Source: Candidatus Eiseniibacteriota bacterium
GTDB lineage: Bacteria > Eisenbacteria > RBG-16-71-46
Assembly (NCBI GenBank): GCA_963725865.1
Contig: CAVSAC010000014.1
Location: 672,001-736,000 of the forward strand
DNA length: 64,000 nt
Direction of reading: 5' to 3'
Under the pieces are notes generated by a model. That model was not told where the DNA came from. It saw only the letters and a list, made by a program, of their open reading frames with translations, and searched no databases. Positions 28,644 through 37,975 of this stretch are shown here, one piece after another (positions within the stretch are counted from its first letter, which is position 1; each line of letters starts with the position of its first letter). The position numbers were made by a program, and so were the translations under genes.

Positions 28644-29906
28644 TCAGGCCGCGGCGCCGTCCGGGGAGGTGGTGTGCGCGAGGCGCTGCTGGAGCGCCGG
28701 GTGGATGGCGACGAACTCGAGCCCCAGCGAGAGCGCGCTCTCGGGATCGGTGGCGGCGGGCTCCTGATCCACCCAGGTGACGCGGGCGACCAGCCGTTCG
28801 ACGCTGTCACGGCCGGCCAGCACCAGGTGCACCGAGACCATCGCGTTGCGCAGCCGCGCGCGCGCCTGCAGCAGGTCGCCGCGGCGGAACCGCGCGCTCA
28901 GACCGTGCTCCGTCAGCGCGACCAGCGCACCGGGGATCGGCGAGACGCGGGTGTCCGCGAGCCCGAGCAGCACCACGCCGCTCGCGGCCTGCACCAGCAC
29001 CCGGGTCTCGCGCCGGCGCTCGGCCGGGGCATCCACCGCCAGCTGCGGCTCGGCCTGTGGATCGGGCACCGGGCGGTTCGAGCGCTCGGGCGCGGGCGAC
29101 GCCACGGGCGGCAGGACGGCGGTGAGCGCCGCGACGTCGAGTGCCGCGGTCGCCGCGGAGAGCAGGTCGACCACCTGCTCGTCGGGCGCCGCCTCGGGTG
29201 CCGCCGCGGTCTCGGTGGACGGGGCGTTCGCGCCGAACAGCTCGGGGTCGAGGCACAGACACTCGGCCGGCGTCTCGGGCTCGATGCTCACGCTGAGGCC
29301 GAGCCCGCTCTGGGTCGGCAGCACGATCAGGTCGCCGGGCTCGGCGATCACCGGCTCGGACGCCGGCTCGCCGGCATGGGACGAGGTCCAGCGCACGCGC
29401 CCGTGCAGCACCACCCACAGCAGCCCGCTCTCGGGCACGACCGTGCGGGGGGCGAACGCGAGCGACTCGACCCGACAGCGCTCGGCCGCCTGCGCGAACT
29501 CCACCGCGGTGAGGCGCACCAGCACGTGCGGGCCGAACGCTCCCAGGCTGGCGGCCGCGCGCCGCTTGCGATCGGTGCGGGCGAGCGAGACGAACCACTG
29601 GTGCATCGCGTGGTAGCGGCGCTCGTGCAGGATGGTGGGCGGGTGCAGCTCGTCGAGCCGCCGCTGCGCCGCCAGCGCCAGGAACAACTCGCCGCGGCCG
29701 ACCGCGAGCGGCAGCAGACGCTCGTACTGGAGCAGCGCCAACCCGGATTCGCCGAGCGCCAGGTAGAGCGAGGCGAGCAGGTAGCGCGGCGCGAGCTCGT
29801 AGGGCTGGGCGTCGACCGCGGCGCGGGTCAGGCGCACGCACTCGTGCAGGTCATTGGCGCGGAACGGCGCAGCCATCGAATCCCAGAGCCGCGTGTTGGG
29901 GCCCAT
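28644..29906 (-). CDS. TPR-like + cNMP-binding-like + PilZ domain protein
   Basis: N-terminal helical repeats; LLWVVLHGRV...PGDLI; C-terminal ERRRETRV...ARVTW...LGLEFV. Confidence 0.6.
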   Translation of the reverse strand: MGPNTRLWDSMAAPFRANDLHECVRLTRAAVDAQPYELAPRYLLASLYLALGESGLALLQYERLLPLAVGRGELFLALAAQRRLDELHPPTILHERRYHAMHQWFVSLARTDRKRRAAASLGAFGPHVLVRLTAVEFAQAAERCRVESLAFAPRTVVPESGLLWVVLHGRVRWTSSHAGEPASEPVIAEPGDLIVLPTQSGLGLSVSIEPETPAECLCLDPELFGANAPSTETAAAPEAAPDEQVVDLLSAATAALDVAALTAVLPPVASPAPERSNRPVPDPQAEPQLAVDAPAERRRETRVLVQAASGVVLLGLADTRVSPIPGALVALTEHGLSARFRRGDLLQARARLRNAMVSVHLVLAGRDSVERLVARVTWVDQEPAATDPESALSLGLEFVAIHPALQQRLAHTTSPDGAAA

Positions 29907-30102
29907 GCGCGCACCGCCCTCCAGATGACCGCAGGTGAGGGAAACAGGATCCAAGGGTTTCGGAAGTCATCGGCACCGGCGAGGGGGGCCTTGAGGCGGG
30001 TGAGGGCAGACGATCGTCGCCGGGAAGGCGCGAGCGGTACGGATCGACGTGTGCTCGGGGGCTGCGGAGCGGCGATTCCCGCCCGTCCGCCGCGAATGGC
30101 GC

Positions 30103-30111
30103 TGCTATAAT
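30103..30111 (+). promoter_or_regulatory. Extended -10 promoter element
   Basis: TGcTATAAT, 36 nt upstream of ATG 30148. Confidence 0.6.
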
Positions 30112-30147
30112 GCGCGCCCCTGGCCGCCGCGCGGCCGGGACCCGACC

Positions 30148-30789
30148 ATGAACCGCTCCTTCGTCGTTCTCCTGACCTGGCTGGTCCTCGTGGCGCCCGT
30201 CACCGTGCGCGCGGGCGCCGGCGCGCCCGACCTGGCGCTCGCTCCGGTGCCGGACGAGGTGCACGCGGGGGACGTCGTCACGCTGCGCTGGACCGCTCCG
30301 GGGCCGGGCTTCGAGGAGTTGGAGATCCTGCTCTCGGTCGACGGCGGGCGGACGTTTCCGCTGCGCGTGAGTCCGCAGCTCGACCCTGCGGCCGGCGAGT
30401 ACCGCTGGCGGGTGCCGGACCTCACCACCTCCGGCGCGCGCCTGCGGGTGCGCATCGGTGACGAGCACCGCGAGCTCGAGTGCGAGCCCTCCGCGGCGTT
30501 CCGGATCGTGGGCGATCGCGCGCTGGCTCCCGGCGTCGTGCACGAGGCCGGCTGGTGGGATGGCCCCGACGCGCCCCGCGCGGGCGATGCGGCCGGCGTC
30601 AGCGGCACCACGCTTCGCTCGAACGACGCGCCGGCGGGCGTGGTGGGCTCGCCGCGCTCGTCGCGGCTGGACGTGGAAGCCGCGCTGCGCCCCTTCGGCG
30701 ACCCGTCCTCGCCGGCGGTCACGTGGGAGGCGGGTGGCGTGGAGCGCGCGCGCGACGCCCGCCCGAGCCGCGTGCCGATGCGCAACTGA
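30148..30789 (+). CDS. Secreted Ig-like leader protein A (ends PSRVPMRN)
   Basis: Signal peptide; GDVVTLRW...EILLSVDGGRTFPLRVSP...YRWRVPDL; VHEAGWW; paralog at 33104. Confidence 0.78.
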   Translation: MNRSFVVLLTWLVLVAPVTVRAGAGAPDLALAPVPDEVHAGDVVTLRWTAPGPGFEELEILLSVDGGRTFPLRVSPQLDPAAGEYRWRVPDLTTSGARLRVRIGDEHRELECEPSAAFRIVGDRALAPGVVHEAGWWDGPDAPRAGDAAGVSGTTLRSNDAPAGVVGSPRSSRLDVEAALRPFGDPSSPAVTWEAGGVERARDARPSRVPMRN

Positions 30790-30919
30790 GCGGCGCGCTC
30801 CCCGCGCCCCGCTCACCCGACTCATCGCCCCGACCGCTGCCGCTCGCGCGCGTTCGCGCGTGGCCGCGACCCGGGGTGACGTCGCATCGCGTTCCACCGA
30901 CCGATCGGGAGTCCATCCC

Positions 30920-32950
30920 ATGCTCGCACCCCTGCTGCTCGCGGTGAGCCTCGCCGCCGCGAGCGCCGACACCACCGTCTTCCCCATGAAAGAGATCGTC
31001 GTCACCGGCACGCGCACCCCGGAGAGCGCGCTGAACCTGCCCGCCGGCATCAGCGTCGTGCGGCGCGATGCGTTCACCGATTCGCGCACCAACAGCCTGC
31101 GCGACGCGCTGATCGGCGTGCCGGGCGTGTTCGTGCAGAGCCGCGGCGGCTCGCAGGACGTGCGCATCACCATCCGCGGCTTCGGCGCGCGCGGCAACGG
31201 GGAGCGCTCGAACTCCGGCAACATCCGCGGCATCCGCGTGCTGACCGACGGCGTGCCCGTCACCGAGCCCGACGGGCGCACCTCGCTCGACCTGGTGGAC
31301 CTGGGCGCCACCGATCGCGTCGAGGTGGTGCGCAGCAACGCGTCGGCGCTGTACGGGAACGCCTCGGGCGGAATCGTGAACCTGCGCACGGATCTCGCGT
31401 TCGAGCGGCCCTACACCGAGCTGCGCGAGCGCGTCGGCGCCTACGGCTTCCATCGCGAGCAGGCGGTGACGGGCTTCGGCGTGGGCGCGGCGCGCGGCGT
31501 GTTCTCGCTCTCGAACTCCACGTTCGACGGCTGGCGCGCCCACAGCTCGGGTACCTCGGGGCAGGCGTCGCTGCGGCTGGCGGTGCCGGTCGGCGAACAC
31601 GACCGGCTGGGCGTGCTGATGGACGCGGTGAGCAATCTCAACCGCTTCCCGGGGGCGCTCACGCGCGCCGAGGCCGACGCGGACCCGGCCCAGGCCAACG
31701 CCACGTTCGTGAGCCGCGACGAACGCCGCCGCAACCGCGTCGGTCGCGTCGCGCTGACGTGGGACCGCGCGATCGAGGAGTCGATGGACCTCGCGCTCAC
31801 GGCGTTCGCCGAGCCCAAGGTGCTGCAGCGCTCGGAGCGCAACCGCTTCCGCGACTTCACGCGCTATCACGTGGGCGGCAGCGGCGTTTTCAGCTGGCGA
31901 TCGAACATCGCCACCGGGGTCCAGAACCGCGTGAGCATCGGCGTGGACGAGGCGCTCCAGGACGGCGCCATCCTGTTCTACGACCTCGGACCGGGCGGCA
32001 GCCGCGGCACCACGCTGCTCGCCGACAAACGCGAGGGCGCGAACAGCGTCGGCGGCTTCGTGGAGGAGGCGCTGCTGCTCGACCAGCACTGGTCGGCGAG
32101 CGTCGCCGCGCGCTGGGACGCGCTCTGGTACGTCTCCGAGGACTTCATCGACCCGACCCTCGACGCGACGAAGACGTTCAAGCGCGTCACGCCCAAGGGC
32201 TCGCTGTCGTACCGCAGTGGCGCGCACACCGTGTACGCGTCACTCGGCGGCGGCGTCGAGGCGCCGGCGTTCAACGAGATCGATCCGCCGCCGTCGGTCC
32301 CGCCCACCTCGCTCAACCCGTTCCTCGAGCCGATGCACTCGGTGACCTACGAGCTGGGCGCCAAGGGTACGGCCCCCGCGGGAGCCCTCGGCTCCGTTCG
32401 CTACGACGCCGCGGTGTACCTGATCGAGGTGCGCAACGACATCGTGCCGTTCAACGGCGGCGCGTACTTCTTCACGGCTGGCAAGTCGCAGCGCCGCGGC
32501 GGCGAGCTGAGCCTGGGCCTGAGTCCGCTCGCCGGGCTCACGCTCGGCGGCTCGCTCGCGCTGGCGAAGAACGAGTACGTCGACTACACGAACGATCTCG
32601 GCGACTTCGGCGGCAAGCAGGTGCCGGGGCTGCCGGAGGCGACGTTCACGGCCCAGGCCCGCTATCAGGCGCCGGTCGGCCTGTTCGGCATGCTCGAGGT
32701 CGAGCACGCCGGCGGCTACTTCGCCGACGACGCGAACACGGTCAGCACCCGCGCCTACACGGTGCTCAACGGCACCGTCGGCTACGCGCGTGCCGCCGGT
32801 CGCTACCAGCTGAGGGCGTTCGTGGGCGGCAACAACCTGACCGACGAGGCGTACGACGCCTCGGTCTTCATCAACGGGATCAACAACCAGTTCTTCGAAC
32901 CGGGCCTGCCGCAGAACTGGGTCGCCGGTCTGACGCTGCGCGGCCTCTAG
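30920..32950 (+). CDS. TonB-dependent receptor A (YncD/PqqU-like plug)
   Basis: TonB box EIVVTGTR; IRGFGAR...IRGIRVLTDGVP..PDG; EVVRSNASALYGNASGG; NNLTDEAY. Confidence 0.9.
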   Translation: MLAPLLLAVSLAAASADTTVFPMKEIVVTGTRTPESALNLPAGISVVRRDAFTDSRTNSLRDALIGVPGVFVQSRGGSQDVRITIRGFGARGNGERSNSGNIRGIRVLTDGVPVTEPDGRTSLDLVDLGATDRVEVVRSNASALYGNASGGIVNLRTDLAFERPYTELRERVGAYGFHREQAVTGFGVGAARGVFSLSNSTFDGWRAHSSGTSGQASLRLAVPVGEHDRLGVLMDAVSNLNRFPGALTRAEADADPAQANATFVSRDERRRNRVGRVALTWDRAIEESMDLALTAFAEPKVLQRSERNRFRDFTRYHVGGSGVFSWRSNIATGVQNRVSIGVDEALQDGAILFYDLGPGGSRGTTLLADKREGANSVGGFVEEALLLDQHWSASVAARWDALWYVSEDFIDPTLDATKTFKRVTPKGSLSYRSGAHTVYASLGGGVEAPAFNEIDPPPSVPPTSLNPFLEPMHSVTYELGAKGTAPAGALGSVRYDAAVYLIEVRNDIVPFNGGAYFFTAGKSQRRGGELSLGLSPLAGLTLGGSLALAKNEYVDYTNDLGDFGGKQVPGLPEATFTAQARYQAPVGLFGMLEVEHAGGYFADDANTVSTRAYTVLNGTVGYARAAGRYQLRAFVGGNNLTDEAYDASVFINGINNQFFEPGLPQNWVAGLTLRGL

Positions 32951-32990
32951 CCCGCCGGGCGGCGCGGCGCGCCCCGGAAACCACTACACG

Positions 32991-33023
32991 CCGAGCGGGT
33001 CGGGAGCCTCCCGACCCGCTCGG
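32991..33023 (+). terminator. Hairpin after TBDR A
   Basis: Perfect 15-bp stem CCGAGCGGGTCGGGA-gcc-TCCCGACCCGCTCGG. Confidence 0.55.
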
Positions 33024-33103
33024 GCCGTGAAGAAAAGCCGGCTGGAGCCGCCGGACGCTGGGATATACTGCCCGCCCGCGTGGCCGCCGCAGGGACCCCA
33101 ACC

Positions 33104-33751
33104 ATGAACCCCGTCCGCTTCGCCGTGCTCGCCCTCCTGCTGTCCACCCCGCCCGCGCATGCGGGCGCGCGGGTGGACGTGCGGTCCATCGACCTGCAGG
33201 CGCCTCCCGCGCAAGTGCAGGTGGGCGACGTGGTGACGCTGCACTGGGTGGACCCGGGACCGCTCGCCGAGGAGATGGAGATCCTGCTCTCGGTCGACGG
33301 CGGTCGCACCTACCCATTGCGCGTGAGCCCCGAACTCGATCCGCGTGCGGGATCGTACCGGTGGCGCGTTCCCGATCTGCCCGCCGCGGGCGCGTGCCTG
33401 CGGGTGCGGCTGGGGCATGGGCGCGACGAATGGTCCTGCGCGCCGACGGCAGCGTTCCGCATCGTGGCGGGCGGCGCCGACGCCGGCGCGTGCGTCCACG
33501 AAGCCGGGTGGTGGGAGCGCGCGGGCGCGGAGCGCGGAGGGGCGGCCGGCTCGCTCGATCGTCCGGGCGAGCGATTCGAAGTCCTCTCCGAGGACGCCGC
33601 GATCTCCGAGGACGACAATGCCCCGCGGCTGGCGGGACTCGCGCCGCTCGATCCCGCGACGCGCGGCGGCACCGCGCCCGAGCGCGTCTTCGAGCTGACC
33701 CGCGCGTGCACGCGCGCCGCGCACCCGGGACGATTCCCACTGCGCAACTGA
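33104..33751 (+). CDS. Secreted Ig-like leader protein B (ends PGRFPLRN)
   Basis: Paralog of 30148-30789 with the same Ig block, VHEAGWW and C-terminal motif; TATACT at 33064. Confidence 0.78.
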   Translation: MNPVRFAVLALLLSTPPAHAGARVDVRSIDLQAPPAQVQVGDVVTLHWVDPGPLAEEMEILLSVDGGRTYPLRVSPELDPRAGSYRWRVPDLPAAGACLRVRLGHGRDEWSCAPTAAFRIVAGGADAGACVHEAGWWERAGAERGGAAGSLDRPGERFEVLSEDAAISEDDNAPRLAGLAPLDPATRGGTAPERVFELTRACTRAAHPGRFPLRN

Positions 33752-33813
33752 TCCTTCCGTCGCGCCCCGTCCTGCGCCCATCCCCGATCCGCGAAGACGA
33801 TCCGACGAAAGGA
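33752..33813 (+). promoter_or_regulatory. Anti-Shine-Dalgarno hairpin
   Basis: TCCTTCCGTCG immediately after the leader stop pairs 10/11 with CGACGAAAGGA, which contains the TBDR SD. Confidence 0.6.
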
Positions 33814-33819
33814 CCGCCC

Positions 33820-35970
33820 ATGCTCTGCTCTGGCCCGGCCGCGCGCCGCGCGACCTTCGCCCTGCTGCTGCTCGCCATCGCCGCCCCGACGTTCGCCGCC
33901 GGGGTGGACACCACCCGGGTGCTGCACGACCCGGTCCGCTACGGAATCGTGGTCTCCGCCACCAAGACCACCCAGTCCCCGCTCGAAGTCCCCAACGGCG
34001 TCGCGATCGTGAGCGGCGCCGAGCTGCGCGGCACCGGCGCGCGCACGCTCGGGGAGGCGCTCGTCGACGTGGTCGGCGTCGAGACCGGTGGCGGCTCCGA
34101 CAACGGAGGCCGGCTGCCCAACATCGGCATGTGGGGTCTCAAGGAGTTCGACGCCCTGCTCATCACGGTCGACGGGGTGCCGGTCGGTGGGCCGTTCAAT
34201 CCGTCGCTGGCGCAGATCGCGGTCGACGACGTCGACCACGTCGAGATCGTGAAGGGTCCGCAGGGCACGCTCTACGGCGTGTCGGCGTTCGCGGGCATGG
34301 TGCAGGTGTTCACGAACCGCGACCCGCTGGCGCAGCCGCACTCGGTGACGCTCGGCGGCGGCTCGTTCCAGGACTTCCACGGCCGGCTCGCGATGCAGCA
34401 GGAGTTGGCGAACGCGTGGAGGCTCGACCTGGCGTTGTCGGGCCAGACCGGCGACGGCTGGCAGGAGCGCACCCACGGCGAGGTCGAGCGCGGGCGCGTG
34501 TCGCTGGCGGGCATGGCGGGCCGGGCGAGCCTCGGCTTCGACGTGATCGGGCTCGCGGACCGCCAGGATTGGGGCTCGCCGATCCCGGTCGACGCCGGCG
34601 AAGTGCTGCCGGGGTTCGAGCGCACCCGGAACTACGCGGTGAAGGGCGCGGTACAGGAACACGACGTGATCGCGATCAACCAGCGCCTCTCCCTGCCGGT
34701 GCGCGAGGGCATGCGGCTCGACAACACGCTGAGCCTCACCCGCGACAAGCAGAACTCGGTGCGCAGCTTCTTCGCCGAGTTCCTCACCGACACCGTGGGC
34801 TCGGCGGGCGTCGCGCTGCGGCCCATCGAGAGCGTGCTGTTCGACGACGCGCGCCTGGTGTCGCGCTTCCAGCTGCAGGGCGACCACGAGCTGGTGACCG
34901 GCGCGGCGGTCACGTGGGGCCGCACCAAGGCGAGCGGCATCGGTTTCGATTTCGACCAGCTGATGGCGGATCCGACGACCATCCCGTTCTTCGAGGATGT
35001 GCCGGTCGGCGACCATCGCGCGTTCGAGGACCGGCGCACGTTCCTCGGCGTGTACGCGCACGATGCGTGGACGCCGGTGCGCTGGGCGACGCTGGCGGGC
35101 GGCGGCCGCTGGGACCGCACCGACGAGGCGCTGCACGCGTTCGGCGAGGAGGTCGGATTCGCGGCCGCCATCAGCGACGACAAGCGCAACGACTCGGCAT
35201 GGTCGGGGGATCTGTCCCTGCTGGTGCGGCTGCTGCCCGCCGCCGGCGCGGGCCCACTCGGCGTGCTCAATGCCTACGGCAATTGGAAGAGCTCCTTCAA
35301 GCCCGCGGCCCCCAATCTCACCGAGGCGGAGGACGCCCGCATCCTCGATCCCGAGCGCACCCACTCGCTCGAGGGCGGCTTCAAGGGCGCGGCGTACGAC
35401 GGCCAGCTGGCGTTCGACGCCGCGATGTTCCAGATGGACTTCCACAACCTGGTGGTCTCGAACCTCGACGCCAGCTCGAACCCGGTACTCCTGAACGCCG
35501 GCCACGAGCGCTTCAAGGGCATCGAGGTCTCCGCCTCGGTCGCTCCCAAGGCGCTGCCGGGGCTCACGCTCTCGGGCGGCTGGGCCAATCACGACCCGCG
35601 CTTCGTGGAGTTCTCGTTCCTCACGCCGGACGGCCAGCTGCGCATCGTCGACGGCAAGATCATCGAGCTGGTGCCGCGTCAGCTCTGGAACGCTCGCGCG
35701 TCGTACGCGCCGGCGAAGTGGCTGGGCGGCTGGATCGCGGCGCGGCACCAGGGCCAGCGCCCGCTGACGCGGCGCAATACCTTCTGGACCGAGCCATTCG
35801 ACGAGCTCGACGCCGGCCTCACGTTCGCGGCGTACGGCGCGCGACTAGCGGTGACGGGCCGCAATCTCGGCGACGAGCGTCACTTCGTCTCGGAGAGCGA
35901 TGTCGGTGACTCGCAGTTCTACTACGCGCCGCCGAAGCGCTTCACGGCCGAGGTGACCTACCCATTCTAA
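33820..35970 (+). CDS. TonB-dependent receptor B
   Basis: IVVSATK; VEIVKGPQGTLYG; RNLGD; C-terminal F (EVTYPF). Confidence 0.92.
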   Translation: MLCSGPAARRATFALLLLAIAAPTFAAGVDTTRVLHDPVRYGIVVSATKTTQSPLEVPNGVAIVSGAELRGTGARTLGEALVDVVGVETGGGSDNGGRLPNIGMWGLKEFDALLITVDGVPVGGPFNPSLAQIAVDDVDHVEIVKGPQGTLYGVSAFAGMVQVFTNRDPLAQPHSVTLGGGSFQDFHGRLAMQQELANAWRLDLALSGQTGDGWQERTHGEVERGRVSLAGMAGRASLGFDVIGLADRQDWGSPIPVDAGEVLPGFERTRNYAVKGAVQEHDVIAINQRLSLPVREGMRLDNTLSLTRDKQNSVRSFFAEFLTDTVGSAGVALRPIESVLFDDARLVSRFQLQGDHELVTGAAVTWGRTKASGIGFDFDQLMADPTTIPFFEDVPVGDHRAFEDRRTFLGVYAHDAWTPVRWATLAGGGRWDRTDEALHAFGEEVGFAAAISDDKRNDSAWSGDLSLLVRLLPAAGAGPLGVLNAYGNWKSSFKPAAPNLTEAEDARILDPERTHSLEGGFKGAAYDGQLAFDAAMFQMDFHNLVVSNLDASSNPVLLNAGHERFKGIEVSASVAPKALPGLTLSGGWANHDPRFVEFSFLTPDGQLRIVDGKIIELVPRQLWNARASYAPAKWLGGWIAARHQGQRPLTRRNTFWTEPFDELDAGLTFAAYGARLAVTGRNLGDERHFVSESDVGDSQFYYAPPKRFTAEVTYPF

Positions 35971-36018
35971 GGAGTGCCGGCGGTCCCGGGCGGGCCCGTT
36001 GCGGGGCTTGAGCGACGT

Positions 36019-36055
36019 GACGAAGCGGACCGGCTCCCTACCGGCCCGCTTCGTC
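36019..36055 (+). terminator. Hairpin after TBDR B
   Basis: GACGAAGCGGACCGG...CCGGCCCGCTTCGTC. Confidence 0.5.
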
Positions 36056-36395
36056 GTCGGCGCCTGCTACTCCCCCGACCGACAAGTGAGCGGAGGTGGG
36101 ATCGTCTCGGCCAACCGGCCCCCGATTGCGATCAACCTCCACGAGCCCGGCCCACCGCTCCTTGCCTGTCGTGGTCGAGGCCTCGCGGCCTCGCCGGATC
36201 TCCATCGCAACCCGCGGGCCACCGCGGCAGCGATCGCCCCACCGCGCGATGCGCCTGCGAAAGCTCGCGCTTGCGGCCTCTCGATCGCGGCCTCGGGCGC
36301 CGGCCAAGCCACTCGACGTCGGCGAGTTGAGCAGCGACGTCGGACGGTCGACAGACGGCGCCGGGGATCCGCGCGGAGGGCCGAAAAGAGACCTC

Positions 36396-36425
36396 TTGAC
36401 GAGCTGCACACGCGTGCAGTAGGGT
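36396..36425 (+). promoter_or_regulatory. lexA promoter with candidate SOS box
   Basis: TTGACG-N18-TAGGGT enclosing the palindrome CTGCAC-ACGC-GTGCAG. Confidence 0.7.
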
Positions 36426-36475
36426 CCGCGTGTGCCGGGTCCCACGTGGACCTACAACCAGCGTGAGGTCGAAGC

Positions 36476-37078
36476 ATGTTGAACGATCGAGCGCGCGAAG
36501 TACTCGCTTTCATCCAGCGGTTCTCGCGCGAAAAGGGGTACCCGCCCACCATCCGCGAGATCGGTGAGGCGGTGAACATCGCCTCGACCAACGGCGTGCG
36601 CTACTACACGACGCTGCTCGAGAAGGCGGGGCATCTCGAGCGCAGCAGCAAGATCTCGCGCGGCATCCGCCCGATCGATCGCTCCCCGCGCAGCAGCGGG
36701 ATCCCGATCCTCGGCCGCGTCGCCGCCGGTCAGCCGACGCTCGCCGAGGAGAACCTCGAGGGCGCTCTCGAGCCCGATCGCGTGTTCGGCGACACCGCGG
36801 GGCTGTTCGCGCTGCGGGTTCGCGGCGACAGCATGATCGACGCCGGGATCCTCGAGGGCGACTACGTCGTCGTGCGCGGCCAGGAGCGCGCGAACGCCGG
36901 CGAGATCGTGGTCGGCCTGCTCGGCGATGAGGCGACAGTGAAGTACTACCAGCCGAAACGCGGAGCCATCGAGCTGGTGGCCGCCAATCCTAAGTACGCA
37001 CCCATCGAGGTGGGAGCCGACGCCGACTTCCGCATCCTGGGCGTGGTGCGCGGCGTCATCCGAACGGTCGGGCGCTGA
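36476..37078 (+). CDS. lexA: SOS repressor LexA
   Basis: GYPPTIREI HTH, VAAG cleavage site, GDSM (Ser) and ATVK (Lys). Confidence 0.96.
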   Translation: MLNDRAREVLAFIQRFSREKGYPPTIREIGEAVNIASTNGVRYYTTLLEKAGHLERSSKISRGIRPIDRSPRSSGIPILGRVAAGQPTLAEENLEGALEPDRVFGDTAGLFALRVRGDSMIDAGILEGDYVVVRGQERANAGEIVVGLLGDEATVKYYQPKRGAIELVAANPKYAPIEVGADADFRILGVVRGVIRTVGR

Positions 37079-37199
37079 GGCGCGCCTCGGCTCCCGACCA
37101 CTCACGATCGCATCGCACGGCGGTGTGGTTCATCCGAAAGGACGAGACAGACCAGAGTGGCAGGTGCCGGGTCCGCCCGGTTTTTTTCGGGGCCTGTAG

Positions 37200-37213
37200 T
37201 GCACATCCGTTCA
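37200..37213 (+). promoter_or_regulatory. Second candidate SOS box
   Basis: TGCAC-ATCC-GTTCA; one arm mismatch relative to the lexA palindrome. Confidence 0.5.
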
Positions 37214-37237
37214 ACCATCCCCGCAGGAGGTACGACC

Positions 37238-37696
37238 GTGGATCGCTCGATCGCTCCCGAGGTGCATGAAGCTCTGTTGGGTCGTTGGGAGCCGGTCTAC
37301 CGCAGCCAGCTCCACTACCTCATCACCTGGAGCACGCGCGGCCGCCGTCCGGTGCTGCGTGACCGGCACATCCACGCGCTGCAGGAACTCACTCGCCAGA
37401 TCAGCGAGGACCGTGGATTCGGATTGCTCGAGGCGCTCGCGGGGCCGGATCACGTCCACCTGCTGCTCGTGCTCCGTCCATCGCAGAGCGTGGCCAGCGC
37501 GGTGCGCGAGCTCAAGGGCCGCGCCGGGGTCGAGCTCATGTCGCGATTCCCCGAGCTGCGTGTATGGCTCGGCGGAAACCTGGTGTGGGACGAGCGCTAC
37601 TCCGTCGAGACCGTGAGCCCCGCCCGACTCGATCGGGTGCGCGAGCGACTGCGGTTGCTGCACGCGAACGACGACGACCTCGCGCAGGCGAGCTGA
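37238..37696 (+). CDS. IS200/IS605 TnpA (Y1 HUH)-like protein, catalytic Tyr apparently absent
   Basis: AGGAGG RBS; ITWSTRGRRPVL, DHVHLL, LKG and VWDERYSVETVS; no YI..Q motif. Confidence 0.75.
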   Translation: MDRSIAPEVHEALLGRWEPVYRSQLHYLITWSTRGRRPVLRDRHIHALQELTRQISEDRGFGLLEALAGPDHVHLLLVLRPSQSVASAVRELKGRAGVELMSRFPELRVWLGGNLVWDERYSVETVSPARLDRVRERLRLLHANDDDLAQAS

Positions 37697-37902
37697 GGCC
37701 ATCCGGAGCGCGGCGGCGGGCGGCGCCGCGCTCCGCCGCCCGTTCGCGCGCCGTCGAGATGACGGCGTCGTCGCGGAGGCGGAAGCGTCCCGAGCGGAGC
37801 GCGACCAGGGACGAGTAGGGGGCCGGGGCGACCGACCCGAACTGCACCACGCACCGATGTGTCGCCCCGGTGTCTCCTGCGCGCAGTCGACGAGGAGGCC
37901 GC

Positions 37903-37951
37903 AAACGAAAACGCGCCCCGCATCCGAGGATGCTGGGCGCGCGATTTCGTT
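37903..37951 (-). terminator. Rho-independent terminator downstream of ribA
   Basis: GCGC..GCATCC/GGATGC..GCGC stem followed by TTTTCGTTT on the minus strand. Confidence 0.6.
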
Positions 37952-37975
37952 CCGACCGCGATGAGCCGCCGAGGG

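Noticed and set aside
36057..36395. ORFs or ncRNA between TBDR B and lexA
   Set aside because: Only low-complexity ORFs and no RNA family I can recognise.
36438..36453. GGTCCCACGTGGACCT as parS
   Set aside because: Only about 12/16 match with both ends wrong.
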